Program-made: the position numbers and the translations under genes
NCBI GenBank assembly: GCA_965200155.1
Contig: CBDATR010000010.1
Span: 128,001 to 192,000 of the forward strand
Direction: 5' to 3'
From: Nitrosopumilaceae archaeon
GTDB lineage: Archaea; Thermoproteota; Nitrososphaeria; Nitrososphaerales; Nitrosopumilaceae
Length of the DNA stretch: 64,000 nucleotides
The notes under the pieces: model-generated
Seen by the model: only the letters and a program-made list of their open reading frames with translations
The model's database searches: none
What the model was told of the DNA's origin: nothing
In this document: piece after piece, positions 21,167 through 31,739 of the stretch
Position numbering within the stretch: the first letter of the stretch is position 1
How the letters are laid out: every line of letters starts with the position of its first letter

Positions 21167-22099
21167 ATGGAGCTTATGCTACCTATGGTTACCGAGGAGA
21201 ATGCATCCCTGCCACTGTCAATTAACGTGGTTGCAAAATATTGGGGCGTGGATTTACCTCTTCCCGACGGTGTCGCTGAGAGGTATCCTCCAAATACCGG
21301 TAGCGTGCTTGCCGATGGGCTGGATCTTGCCAAGGCCAATGGTCTATCAACATGTATAACGCGGACAGATGTGTCCGGTTTACATAGAATAATGGATGCC
21401 AGCGTGCCCCCAATAGTACTGCTGCCCGGCTTGGGAAACCTTACACACCATCTCTCTGTACTGTCCGGGTATGATCAGGATGCCCTGTTGCACTATATTC
21501 CAAAGAGTGATCAGGAGGGCATATACGAGGGCGCCATACCCGGAGCCATATTCAACGGAAAGTGGTCACAGGAGGGCCGTGTTGTCATATTGGTTACACC
21601 GCCCGATGTGCTGAGTGGTATGGAATTCCAGAATTCCCAATCACTTAGATTGTGCATGGAAGCTGAGCGTGCTACAATATTGGGCCTAAGTGATCGTGCA
21701 CAGTCATTACTGCGTGCCGCCATAGACAGTGATGAATCCAACATGACCGCCTGGCTATTGCTGGCAGGTATACAGAATCGGGGTGGCGCACCAGAGTGTG
21801 TTCAGTCATATGAGCGATGCCTGCAACTCAACCCTTTGTGCTATCTGGCACATAGGGGTCTTGGAAACTATCATCTAAAGACTGAGAATTTGGATGCCGC
21901 TGAAAAAAGCTACACCGGTGCCATCGGAGTAGATTCAGAGAGGTCAGGTGTCGTCTACAAAAATCGTGCATATATACGGGAAAAGATGGGTATGCTAGCG
22001 CAGGCCGCCGATGATTTGGTAATGTATGTAAAGCTCTCGCCTGCGGCACCGGATCGCGGCATGATGGAGCGCGCCATACTGGAGTTAAGAAGGGGATAA
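21167..22099 (+). CDS. C39-peptidase-like domain plus TPR repeats
   Basis: H..V..GYD motif; C-terminal TPRs (LAHRGLGNY, YKNRAY). Confidence 0.7.
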   Translation: MELMLPMVTEENASLPLSINVVAKYWGVDLPLPDGVAERYPPNTGSVLADGLDLAKANGLSTCITRTDVSGLHRIMDASVPPIVLLPGLGNLTHHLSVLSGYDQDALLHYIPKSDQEGIYEGAIPGAIFNGKWSQEGRVVILVTPPDVLSGMEFQNSQSLRLCMEAERATILGLSDRAQSLLRAAIDSDESNMTAWLLLAGIQNRGGAPECVQSYERCLQLNPLCYLAHRGLGNYHLKTENLDAAEKSYTGAIGVDSERSGVVYKNRAYIREKMGMLAQAADDLVMYVKLSPAAPDRGMMERAILELRRG

Positions 22100-22173
22100 T
22101 GCGGTGCGCGGGACTTGAACCCACGAAAACCAGCTTGGGAAGCTGGCGTCATACCTGGCTAGACGAGCACCGC
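22100..22173 (-). tRNA. tRNA-Gly(CCC)
   Basis: Cloverleaf; anticodon arm CCAGC-TTCCCAA-GCTGG; GTTCAAGTC T-loop. Confidence 0.95.
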
Positions 22174-22337
22174 CCACCATTGTAACCAATGACTGTATAA
22201 TAAGTAACGATGAGCGTCTGTACATTCTAGTAGTGGTGCGTAAATGCCTCTCCCGGTGGCAATCACAGAACAGACATGATGGGGGATAATTTGAGTATAC
22301 TCTACCTTAATATCGACACCCGTGTATCATATCGTGA

Positions 22338-23030
22338 TTGTCCAATATAGAGGTGAAGAAATCCCTTGGTCTGCTGGAGCAGCAGTGGGAAATTGATCCG
22401 TTACTGAAGGATTTTGTGCTGGGGCGTGTGCGTAACATATCTGACTACACTGTGGTCTCTGATCGTGTCACCTTTCACATACCATACCTCGTGGAGCACA
22501 AGCGATACGTTTTGTGGACGTGCTACTGGCCTGACTGTCACAACTGCTGCGAACGGCAGGGCCGTCTTCCCCTAACATCGGAGGATTTGATAACCATAGG
22601 TGCGGGACTAAAGTATTCCCGGACATCCCAGTTCATAAAAAATGAAACTATACAAACCACTTGGGATGATACCGGCACCGGATCCATAATGACGGGAATA
22701 AACCTAAAGCGCCGAGCCGATGAGACCGAGTCCCAGGATGGAACGCGCATTCCCTGTCGCTTTCTTGACGATTCGGGATCCTGCTCCATGCATCCCTCGC
22801 GTCCTGGCGTATGCTATCTGTACCCATTTACCACATGGCTGGAGAGCCAGGGCAGAAGAGCTGCCGTACATGCCACATACCAGCTCACCGGGGACTGTCC
22901 CGGATTCTATCTTGCCGAGGACATCTCAAAGATGAATGAAACGCTTGATCAGTACTCTGCTATCATATATCGGTATAACATGGAATATGCTCGAACCCTT
23001 CGGGAAGGCTTTGCAGCTACCAGTTTCTAG
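22338..23030 (+). CDS. YkgJ-family cysteine-cluster protein
   Basis: C..DCHNCC, CRFL...CSMH..RP.VC..YPF. Confidence 0.85.
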   Translation: MSNIEVKKSLGLLEQQWEIDPLLKDFVLGRVRNISDYTVVSDRVTFHIPYLVEHKRYVLWTCYWPDCHNCCERQGRLPLTSEDLITIGAGLKYSRTSQFIKNETIQTTWDDTGTGSIMTGINLKRRADETESQDGTRIPCRFLDDSGSCSMHPSRPGVCYLYPFTTWLESQGRRAAVHATYQLTGDCPGFYLAEDISKMNETLDQYSAIIYRYNMEYARTLREGFAATSF

Positions 23031-23075
23031 GTGACTCAATACAAATGGTATATGCGAGTACGCGCGTATGCGGTT

Positions 23076-23249
23076 TTATAGACCCGGCCTGTCCGGTATG
23101 TAATCTGCTGCCATGTTGATGGCTGCATCCTTCATTATCTCGATATACTGTTCATATTCTGCCTCAAAGCCGCAATGCATACACTTGACATGGGTAACCT
23201 CATCATCCAAAACGGCTACCCTGCTACACTCCGGACATTTGGCATCCAT
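23076..23249 (-). CDS. Small zinc-ribbon protein (57 aa, not in the ORF track)
   Basis: MDAKCPEC...VKCMHCGFEAEY...DYIPDRPGL. Confidence 0.75.
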   Translation of the reverse strand: MDAKCPECSRVAVLDDEVTHVKCMHCGFEAEYEQYIEIMKDAAINMAADYIPDRPGL

Positions 23250-23463
23250 ACATTATGTATCATGGACGATATATTTAATCGCGTTCATTGCACATGTCTT
23301 CTGGATGGCGATACTGAAACCGCCAGGATCAATTTCTGTCAGTTGGTAAGAGCGAGGTCTTCTATTACTACTTGCATGTGGCGCTAGATGTATCCGCGGG
23401 CAAACTTGTGCCATTCTAAAACGAGGTCTTGTTTGAACCAAATTTCATCATTCCAGTCAATGA

Positions 23464-23599
23464 GTAACCGTTTAGGTCGAGTTAAAGATCAACACCTAGA
23501 CGGTAAATTCAGGGGGGCATATGTAATATAGAAAAAGCAAGAACAGACATGTTAGCCGTGTATTTTGGGCAGTTGTCCGTAGGTGACCTAAAGGGTTAC
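23464..23599. mobile_element. Second IS66-type MITE family (GTAACCGTTTAGGTC termini, about 136 bp)
   Basis: GTAACCGTTTAGGTC...GACCTAAAGGGTTAC; AGTCAATG on both sides (1-nt offset on the left); related ends at 3699, 12092, 14669, 36650. Confidence 0.6.
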
Positions 23600-23648
23600 A
23601 GTCAATGGTGCCTGTAAATTTTTATGGGATTTATACATCTCTCAATTA

Positions 23649-24479
23649 ATGAAAATTACAACGGCGGTATCACTTTCTGTATTAATGGTGGCTGTCGCAG
23701 TCGTCCCACTAGAGGCGCTAGGCGATCACATGAAGGCATTTGTCTCCGTGGAAGAGGTTGGATGTCATGAAAACAACGAATGCTTTGTACCATATGTGAC
23801 TACTGTGGATGCCGGTGGGGAAGTTATTTGGGTTAACAATGACAGCAGATCTCATCGGATCATCAGTGGTGCTGATGACGTACCCGATGGTACATTTGAC
23901 AGTGGTACGATAGGACCCGGCGAGCGATTCTCCTTTAAGTTTGAGGAGCCCGGCGAGTATACTTACTATTCCCCCATGTATCAGCGGATGTCCGGAATAA
24001 TAGTTGTGGAATCTATTGGTAGTGATGACCATGATGCAGCAAATACAGAATCTGCCGATGGGGCGCCATCTGCAACTGCCATGCTCTCAGATGGTGCTGT
24101 AATCGAGGTGTACTCTACTGAACCGATGGCTGGCGAGCCTGTTACGGTGAAAATTACGTTTGTAGATCGCGAAGAAGTGAATTTTGGACTCCTAGTATCG
24201 CAGAATGGTGATACTGTCTTTGAAGATGAATTCATCTCCCAAACGGGAGTTCAATCTGTCACTACACTGGAGTTGCCCAGCGGTGATCCCCTGGATATTG
24301 AGATTACATTCCTGGGATACGGTACGGACGAGATGACCGGGCCCGTTGGCGAGATGGCTGTCTTTGAGCGTGTTGTGCCCGAGTTCGGTACACTGGCTGC
24401 CGTTATACTCGCTGTTGCGGTGGTAGCAGCTGTTGCAGTCTCTGCCAAATCAGGACTTGGTATAGTTCCCAGATACTAG
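23649..24479 (+). CDS. Secreted cupredoxin-like protein with PEFG-CTERM anchor
   Basis: Signal peptide, plastocyanin-like domain, VVPEFG followed by a TM segment. Confidence 0.85.
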   Translation: MKITTAVSLSVLMVAVAVVPLEALGDHMKAFVSVEEVGCHENNECFVPYVTTVDAGGEVIWVNNDSRSHRIISGADDVPDGTFDSGTIGPGERFSFKFEEPGEYTYYSPMYQRMSGIIVVESIGSDDHDAANTESADGAPSATAMLSDGAVIEVYSTEPMAGEPVTVKITFVDREEVNFGLLVSQNGDTVFEDEFISQTGVQSVTTLELPSGDPLDIEITFLGYGTDEMTGPVGEMAVFERVVPEFGTLAAVILAVAVVAAVAVSAKSGLGIVPRY

Positions 24480-24509
24480 GGCATTATCTATTTTTACCTG
24501 GCACATGCA

Positions 24510-25133
24510 CTACAAGCGCGGTCGTCTAACAAGGGATACTACACCCAGTACTATGGCAACGGCGGCCAACGAGATACTCATTACTGCAAAGTCATAGGCC
24601 ATGCCCTGTGACTCAGGACTGGTAGTACTTGACGCAGACATTTCATCCTGAATGGATGCTACCGCTGCCTTTATGGATGCAATATCGCCACTTGAGGAGT
24701 CCTCTCTTGGGGGAAAGTCCAGCAGGGCTGTAGATTCTGCATCCTCTATGGGTATGGTAACATCTACGGGAGTATCATTTATGGCCCCCTGTAGTGTAAT
24801 GGAGAAAGATCCCGTCTTGGTGGGTATAACATCAGCATAATAGTATCCGGGTCTGGGATCAGAGTTTATCTCCAGAATCTTGGAGGCGCCGCCATAGTTT
24901 GCTGTGGCCTCCAAATTTTGGAATGCATTGAATATCCCCGCGGTAACTCTAGGATTATCTGGGGCTGGCTCCGTCACATGAAACACAAACGTATTTCTGA
25001 CCCCCACAACGGGGGGCTCAAGGCCCCAACCGGCCTCTATGCTATAATTTTCCACCATCACCGTAGTATGTGCCAAAGCACTGGGGATACTGACCGCCAT
25101 GAATATCGCAATTAGTATGGACCCAAGCCTCAT
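24510..25133 (-). CDS. Secreted/membrane-anchored protein divergent from the copCD fusion
   Basis: Signal peptide ending ALAH, GWGLEPP motif, C-terminal TM. Confidence 0.75.
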   Translation of the reverse strand: MRLGSILIAIFMAVSIPSALAHTTVMVENYSIEAGWGLEPPVVGVRNTFVFHVTEPAPDNPRVTAGIFNAFQNLEATANYGGASKILEINSDPRPGYYYADVIPTKTGSFSITLQGAINDTPVDVTIPIEDAESTALLDFPPREDSSSGDIASIKAAVASIQDEMSASSTTSPESQGMAYDFAVMSISLAAVAIVLGVVSLVRRPRL

Positions 25134-25228
25134 CACAACGTTATATCGCCGATGCCATTTATAATTTGGTTTGGAAGAGCCGCCAGACAAAGCATAGATT
25201 AAACAGTCCCGCTCATTCTCTAAAGCGT

Positions 25229-27997
25229 ATGAGATGGCTTGTGTTGTTACTATTGTTGTGTGTAGTGCCACTGGCGCACGCACACCCATTCACAGAAGAG
25301 ACTGTGCCCAGCGCCACCAAGAATGGTGATGTGGGGCTTACCTCTGTGATGGTTCGGTATTCTGAGGATGTGGAGATAACATTTAGCTCCCTAAAGGTAT
25401 ACGACGGGGCTGGCAACCAAATAGACAACAGGGATACCTCGTATTATGATAATGAGCGGTCCCTTATGGTAACCACGCCACCACTGGATGACGGGATATA
25501 TACGGTTGCCAGCAAGGTACTCTCACGGGTGGATGGCCATCTTGTACCGGACACGTTCACCTTTGCTGTGGGTAGCGCCACCCTGGACATCTCAGGTATA
25601 AGCGCCAAAGAGGTAGAGCTTGTATTTCTGCCCGAGGCGGGATCCAGGTTCTTGGGCATAGTGGGGCAGACAATACTGGCGGGAGCAATAATATCTTCGC
25701 TGTTGGTATGGCGGGGGAGAGAGCTACGAGAGCAGATGGACTCTATCAGGGCAAGGCATCATCGCATATTTGCCAATGTAACCGGTATTGCATTACTGGC
25801 CATTTTTGCGTCCAACATACTGGCCCTTGTGATATACGCGTATAGACTTGAGTCGTTCTCCATAGAGAGTCTCCAGTCCCCCTTTGGTATGTGGTGGATC
25901 ATACGCATGGTCCTCACCGTGGGTGCGTTGGGATTGTGGTTTGTACTTGAAAAAAGACTTCGCCGAAATGTGCAGTTTGCCATGCTATTTTTGGCAATGG
26001 TAATACTGTGGACCTCCAGTCAGATAGGACACCCCGCGGCCACAGGCCAGATAATGCCTGTCATACTGGACTATATACACAATGTGGTGGCCGCCGCATG
26101 GATAGGGGGTCTGGCATACGCATCTTTTGTGTTACTGCCAAGTGTCTCAAAATCCAATGAGAGTGCCAGGGATGCTGCGCTAGTACTTACTCTTCCGCGA
26201 TTTTCGCCGATGTTTGTAGCCTGCTTGGGTGTAGTGGTAATAACTGGCCCCCTACTGTTATGGTTTTTGGAGAGCGATGTGGCGTCAATATCCGGATCCC
26301 TGTATGGTCAGCTCATAATTGCCAAGGTAGCCATAGCTATAGTGATGGTGGGGCTGGGGGGCTATCACCATATGACGTTCTCCAGGGTTGTGGGCAATGT
26401 AATGCAGGGGACACATAATCTCTATGGGAAACTGCGCAGGACCATACGAATAGAGATGGCACTGGGCATGCTACTTCTGGGTGTGGTGGCGTTGCTTGTG
26501 AACGGGACACTTCCTGCCGGTGAACTGCGGGATGTACAAGCGGCGGATATGCCCAGTCTGAGCATGGTGGAGTTTACCGGAAACGCCAGGTTCAGTGTGG
26601 AGATGGAGCCCTATGCCGTGGGACTAAACACCATATATGTCCGGACCAGTGAGCTGAATGGCAGTCCGGTGTCTGATGAGACGGGCATAAACGTAAAGAT
26701 ATCCAATCCATCCCGTAACATTTCTCCTGTGAGTCTTGATTTACAGCCCACTGCTGGGGGCATAAACGAGTATTCCGGGGAGGTGCTCTTTGGGTTTGCA
26801 GGCCAGTGGTTACTGGAAGTTGAGTCCCAGAGGGGACAAGGTGCCAACGAGTCCATATCTGTAATAATTCCCGTGACCTACAATTTGAATACACTGAAAA
26901 TAAACATGACAGAGTATGAACTACCGGAAACGGTCGCCCCGCTGTACCCCGTATATGACGGGGACGGTTCCATATGGGTGGGCGATGCTACCGCACCAAG
27001 ACTCTGGAAATTTAATATCGATTCCGGGGAGTTCCGGTCTTTCCAGTTTAATGGCTCACTCTCCATATTTCTTGATTTGGATAAACAGGGTAGGGTGTGG
27101 TTCACCGACAATCTTGCAGGACAGATAGGCTACCTGGATACCAGTACAGAGGAGTTTTCCCTGATACCAATACCAGAACTTAATTCCACCGCACCCAGTG
27201 GCGTGATGAGCTCAATACGGGCGGATCACAGTGGGGATATCTGGGTCTCCTTGGTGTTACAGGATACCCTACTACGATATGATGTAGAGGAGGATTCTTT
27301 CCGGGAATTCAAACTTAGTGCAGGCTCGCTTCCCTATGCTCTGACTCCGGACCCCGATAGAATGTGGTTTGCTGCAAATAGTAGCATCGGGCATGTGAAC
27401 TTGAATACGGACAGGATTACAATCCTATCGCCGGACGAGCCATTCTCCAGTGCCGAGGCGCTAATATTTGATAGGGATGGCAATCTGTGGATAACCGAGC
27501 ACACGGGTTCTGCCCTAGCCATGTATGATCCTGGCGTGGATACTTTTACGCGTGTTGCCCTTGGGGTGCCCGATGGACTTCCCTTTGGCATGGCTCTGGA
27601 CGCATATGATAACATATGGATTGCCCAGCACGTGGTGGATGTAGTGGTGGTGTATGATCCCAGATCCGGGGCCCAGAGACAGGTGTCGCTACCAGTCTCC
27701 GGCGGCTTTGTGCAGTTTGTCACCGCGGATGATGATGGGCGACTCTGGTTCGTAGGCCAGCAGAGCAACTCCCTGATAATGGCAGATGTTCAGGGCATCC
27801 CATCCCGGGAGGCGCCGCCTCCACGAAGTGTGGGTACAACCCTGCAGTATACGGAGTTTGTGTCACCGCTAATGGCGGCCGGAATTCTCGCGGCTTCCCT
27901 ATTCTTTGTAAAGTCTGTGTGGACTGAGCGGCGCCTTCGTGGTATTTATGATAATACAGGTATGAGTTCACCTGCGTCTAAATTTACGCATAACTGA
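25229..27997 (+). CDS. CopC-CopD copper protein fused to a YtkA-like domain and Vgb/NHL beta-propeller; C-terminus supplied by a MITE
   Basis: N-terminal AHP, VDGH (CopC); TM CopD region with GHPAA; repeated G.IWF blades. Confidence 0.85.
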   Translation: MRWLVLLLLLCVVPLAHAHPFTEETVPSATKNGDVGLTSVMVRYSEDVEITFSSLKVYDGAGNQIDNRDTSYYDNERSLMVTTPPLDDGIYTVASKVLSRVDGHLVPDTFTFAVGSATLDISGISAKEVELVFLPEAGSRFLGIVGQTILAGAIISSLLVWRGRELREQMDSIRARHHRIFANVTGIALLAIFASNILALVIYAYRLESFSIESLQSPFGMWWIIRMVLTVGALGLWFVLEKRLRRNVQFAMLFLAMVILWTSSQIGHPAATGQIMPVILDYIHNVVAAAWIGGLAYASFVLLPSVSKSNESARDAALVLTLPRFSPMFVACLGVVVITGPLLLWFLESDVASISGSLYGQLIIAKVAIAIVMVGLGGYHHMTFSRVVGNVMQGTHNLYGKLRRTIRIEMALGMLLLGVVALLVNGTLPAGELRDVQAADMPSLSMVEFTGNARFSVEMEPYAVGLNTIYVRTSELNGSPVSDETGINVKISNPSRNISPVSLDLQPTAGGINEYSGEVLFGFAGQWLLEVESQRGQGANESISVIIPVTYNLNTLKINMTEYELPETVAPLYPVYDGDGSIWVGDATAPRLWKFNIDSGEFRSFQFNGSLSIFLDLDKQGRVWFTDNLAGQIGYLDTSTEEFSLIPIPELNSTAPSGVMSSIRADHSGDIWVSLVLQDTLLRYDVEEDSFREFKLSAGSLPYALTPDPDRMWFAANSSIGHVNLNTDRITILSPDEPFSSAEALIFDRDGNLWITEHTGSALAMYDPGVDTFTRVALGVPDGLPFGMALDAYDNIWIAQHVVDVVVVYDPRSGAQRQVSLPVSGGFVQFVTADDDGRLWFVGQQSNSLIMADVQGIPSREAPPPRSVGTTLQYTEFVSPLMAAGILAASLFFVKSVWTERRLRGIYDNTGMSSPASKFTHN

Positions 27998-28051
27998 TCG
28001 CGACAGTTAATGTGATTTGTGTATAAGATTCCGGAAGGCGTGAACTCATAC
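27960..28051 (-). mobile_element. 92-bp MITE, no TSD, providing the stop codon of the copCD fusion
   Basis: ORF ends MSSPASKFTHN*. Confidence 0.93.
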
Positions 28052-28178
28052 CATACGTTAGTGCTGGCAGGTGCCATTAACATTGGTTTGTTCATGCTTG
28101 ACGGATTGTGTGTCATAAAATACACCCCAGTTTGAAGCAACATGGGCTGTTACTGTCAATCATGGCATAAGGTCTATT
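28052..28178. repeat. About 125-bp dispersed repeat (also 32556-32680; weaker at 11965-12041)
   Basis: CATACGTTAGTGCTGGCAGGTGCCATT...CATAAGGTCTA is shared. Confidence 0.75.
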
Positions 28179-28181
28179 ACT

Positions 28182-28282
28182 GTGTGAGTTCACCTGTGTC
28201 TAATCCCTGTTGTGATACGCATAACTGATCGCGACAGTTAATGTGATTTGTGCATAAGATTCCGGAAGGCGTGAACTCATAC
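28182..28282 (-). mobile_element. MITE with an internal templated insertion
   Basis: TSD CTATTACT; ATCCCTGTTGTGATA inside the element. Confidence 0.92.
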
Positions 28283-28468
28283 CTATTACTTGCATCTGCT
28301 GATTCAGCCTGTCTGCCATCCCTGTTGTGATATTTTATGGAAAATCACCGCCAAGACTTATGGTGACTGCTATACTGTCAATCATGCGCATAAGGTCTAT
28401 TGTGCATAAATGTAGGTGTACACAAAAAAGATATAATTTCACCAAAAATTATTCAAATGTGATAGACA

Positions 28469-29266
28469 GTGCAGCCTCTCAATTACAAGACAATCACTGA
28501 TCAGATAACCAAATTTATCTGCCGACAGGTAGATGATGCAAGTGCCACAGGTGTAGTTTTTGGTTTGAGTGGTGGCATTGATTCTACAGTTATAGCATAC
28601 TTGGCAAAGAAGGCACTTGGAGATAGGTGTCTTGCTTTGATACTACCAAACAGCAAGTTTACTCCTGACTTTGAAACCAATGATGGATTACTTGTGGCGA
28701 GAAATCTTGGGATGAGGCACATTGTGATCCCAATAGATACAATTGCTGATACTATGATTAATTCTTGCCCCTCTGATCCGTTCATTAATAATGCGCATAA
28801 GAAGAAAACTATAGGGAATCTTAATGCTCGCATACGAGCTATGCTGTTATACTACGAAGGACAAAAAAACAACTACCTAGTAATTGGAACTGATAATCGT
28901 AGTGAGTTTTTGATTGGTTATTTTACAAAATATGGGGATGGTGCGTGTGACATGCTACCAATAGCAGAACTATACAAGACCCAAGTCCGTTCATTGGGCA
29001 AGTTCCTAGGTATTCCATCACATATAATTAAAAAACAGTCAGGCCCATATCTCTGGGAGGATCATACTGCAATTGCTGAGCTGGGAGTTGATTATGAGCA
29101 TATTGATCAAATATTGGAGTGTATCCAGCATAATGATGACGACATAGCAACAAAGCTCGGAATAGATTCTAGAATTGTAGATAAAGTAATATCTCTCAAT
29201 AGGGGTAGTAATCATAAACGACGTATGCCTCCCATTGCAAAATTGTCTACAGATGATGTACTATAA
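28469..29266 (+). CDS. nadE: NH3-dependent NAD+ synthetase
   Basis: GLSGGIDS, NLNARIR, GYFTKYGDG, LYKTQV. Confidence 0.93.
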   Translation: MQPLNYKTITDQITKFICRQVDDASATGVVFGLSGGIDSTVIAYLAKKALGDRCLALILPNSKFTPDFETNDGLLVARNLGMRHIVIPIDTIADTMINSCPSDPFINNAHKKKTIGNLNARIRAMLLYYEGQKNNYLVIGTDNRSEFLIGYFTKYGDGACDMLPIAELYKTQVRSLGKFLGIPSHIIKKQSGPYLWEDHTAIAELGVDYEHIDQILECIQHNDDDIATKLGIDSRIVDKVISLNRGSNHKRRMPPIAKLSTDDVL

Positions 29267-29268
29267 CC

Positions 29269-29360
29269 GTATGAGTTCACGTCTTCCGGAATCTTATACA
29301 CAAATCACATTAACTGTCGCGATCAGTTGTGCGTAAATTTAGACACAGGTGAACTCATAC
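29269..29360 (+). mobile_element. 92-bp MITE, no TSD
   Basis: Flanks CTATAACC/AGCAGAAG. Confidence 0.93.
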
Positions 29361-29883
29361 AGCAGAAGAGCTCACCAAGGAGCAGTTAGTCACAGAGTAC
29401 AACCGGCTACGCACCGAGGCCGAAGTGACAAACCTGCGTGGCAAACTTGAGTCTTAAACAAAGAATGCCCTCGTTTCAAATCTTGATGACATCATAGAAC
29501 GCAAGGATCAGCTTCATTCCCTGACCGGATGCACTCCGGAAGAGTTCAAATGGGTACTAACCAGATTCACAGAATACGTAGAGTCCCTGGAAGGCGATGA
29601 TGCACGACGATTCCTAGAGCTTACAAATGATCGTGGCCACGTGAACAAATTTCCGGTCAGGCACGTACTCTTAGTTACACTGATACGCCTGCTCCACAAT
29701 ACAAAGCAGGAGATTCTTGCTGCAATACTCAAGATAAACCAGTCAAACATATGTCGTTACATCCAGTTTACAAAGCAGGGACTGATCAAGATACTTCCAA
29801 CGGCCGATACAGTTGCAAAAGCAATGTATGAGTTCACGTGTTTTGATCACATAATAAGATAGAATGCGTCCCAGTTTTTTTAA

Positions 29884-31395
29884 TTATAACTGCATTCTGG
29901 CAGCAACCTCGTTCATTACAGAAAGGCCCTGAGCCCTCCATGTCTGAACACATGATACGAATGTGGACATGCGGCGCATTGCCCTTTCGCCACCCTTTAT
30001 CTGGCCACTAATCTTGCGGAATACCACTGCGTATCAGAACCGGTTCCACTGCTCCGCTGGATTGTTGGTGGGCTCTACACAGTCATATTCTAAGAATACG
30101 AACATGCATGGTATGGCCTTATTCAATCCTTTTACCTTCTTTTGTAGTTCAGCATCATCAACATCACAGTACTGATGCAGAATGGATTCTGCTCCTGTCT
30201 CAAATGAGTGTCGTAATTGCGCGGACGGCCCGCAGTGATTCAGGGATTCCCGTGCGCTCCGGAACAATCCTTTCAGGTCGTTGTCAAGTTTGATCCGGGC
30301 GTCCTGAGCACCGGGATCAATATAGAATCCTGCATGTAATGCCTGGGTATCGCGCAATAAATGCGCCCAACACAACTGGTGCTTCCCACCGTCATCAAAC
30401 CGGCGATACACAACGTACCTGTCTGTGACTATCGCACCATGGTAACCGTTAAGGTATTTGTTCACTACATTTGAACTCCTACTTTTGTCATATATGGACA
30501 TCATCCACTCTTCGGCCCGCATCCCCCATACCCAGCCACGCCTACCCGCCAGTGATATACCAGTTTCGTCCACATGAATGCTGGGTGATTTTATTATATT
30601 CTCATGAATTGTTTCCATAAATGATTCACATGCATCGGCGGCCCTGGCAATTATGTTGTTTACTGCACCCACCGATATATTCAGGCCGAAGAGATCCTTC
30701 GAAATTACAGGTATGCGTTTTATTGGAATCTTTTCTGCGCGTAATGCGGTGATGGCACCGCATAATTTAACCCCAAAACTACCACTCTTTGGGACGCCCG
30801 CTGCTGGGGCCAGTTGTTTTTTGCCGCACTTGCATGCAGCCATTTCTATCACATGAAGGGCCTCCTCTATTTTGGCTGGTATTAATTCCGTTATGTGTCG
30901 TTGTTTCCAACCAATTTTTGTCATCATATTGCCGCACTCACATATTGGTGTGTACTCAAAGGTGTGATGCACTACTCTGCCGGGGTTGTGGGAACGGGAA
31001 ACCCCCTTGTGTCCCTTTTGAGCGCCAGCCTTTTTGGCTGATTTAGTATTGACTTCTGTATGTTGCTTATTATCTCCCTGTTTTCGCTTCTTGTACTGGA
31101 GGGATTGAAGGGATGGTGGCGTGTGAGCATTCTCATAATATTTAAGTCGCGTTGTGAGTACCGCAATTTTCCCCTGTTTTTCTTCTAATTTCTCATTCAA
31201 TTCATTTACATAATTCCTAATAATTTGGAAATCTTGTGTGAGATTTCGTATTTCTTTTGTGGTGCGGGACACATATGCTTCCAATACTCTCACACGTTCC
31301 TTGTAATGTGCAAGATCTTTCTCGGTAGACGCAAGGGTATCCTGAAGAAGTTTATTTTCCAGTTCCAATTCCTTATAGGACCGGCGTCTTCTCAT
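29884..31395 (-). pseudogene. IS66 transposase with a premature stop about 50 codons from the end
   Basis: Replacement at 30036-30048 creates TGA; the intact reading ALRYAVVFRKISG is seen at 37852-37888. Confidence 0.85.
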
Positions 31396-31434
31396 TAGAT
31401 TCTTATTGCAAATTTGGTATTTAAGTAAAATATT

Positions 31435-31526
31435 GTATGAGTTCACGTCTTGCGGAATCTTATGCACAAATCACATTAACTATCGCGATCAGTTATGCGT
31501 AAATTTAGACACAGGTGAACTCATAC
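31435..31526 (+). mobile_element. 92-bp MITE inside the IS66 leader
   Basis: TSD AAAATATT; empty site in copy 2 at about 35148. Confidence 0.95.
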
Positions 31527-31640
31527 AAAATATTACCATACCAATCTATATCTTAGTGAATGATCAAAACACGTGAACTCATACAAAGCAATATCACAAA
31601 TCAAGTCAACACCCGACTTTAAGGAAATCGTTCCAGGTCG

Positions 31641-31739
31641 GTATGAGTTCACGTCTTCCGGAATCTTATGCACAAATCACATTAACTGGTAACCGGTTCT
31701 ATCAGTTATGCGTAAATTTAGAAACAGGTGAACTCATAC
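31641..31739 (+). mobile_element. MITE (99 bp) with a GTAACCGGTTCT replacement
   Basis: TSD CCAGGTCG. Confidence 0.93.

Larger units (their letters stand above)
29826..31584 (-). mobile_element. IS66-family (single-ORF, ISBst12-like) element, copy 1
   Basis: TIRs GTATGAGTTCACGTGTTTTGATCA; TSD AAAGCAAT; coiled coil, Zn finger, HVDETG, TDRY, QLCWAHLLRD, TNNPAE. Confidence 0.92.

Noticed and set aside
28152-28401. About 27-bp direct repeat ACTGTCAATCATG...AAGGTCTATT as a fourth spacer-like event
   Set aside because: Spacing after removing the MITE is about 113 bp and includes a TnpB-element end, so the geometry does not fit.
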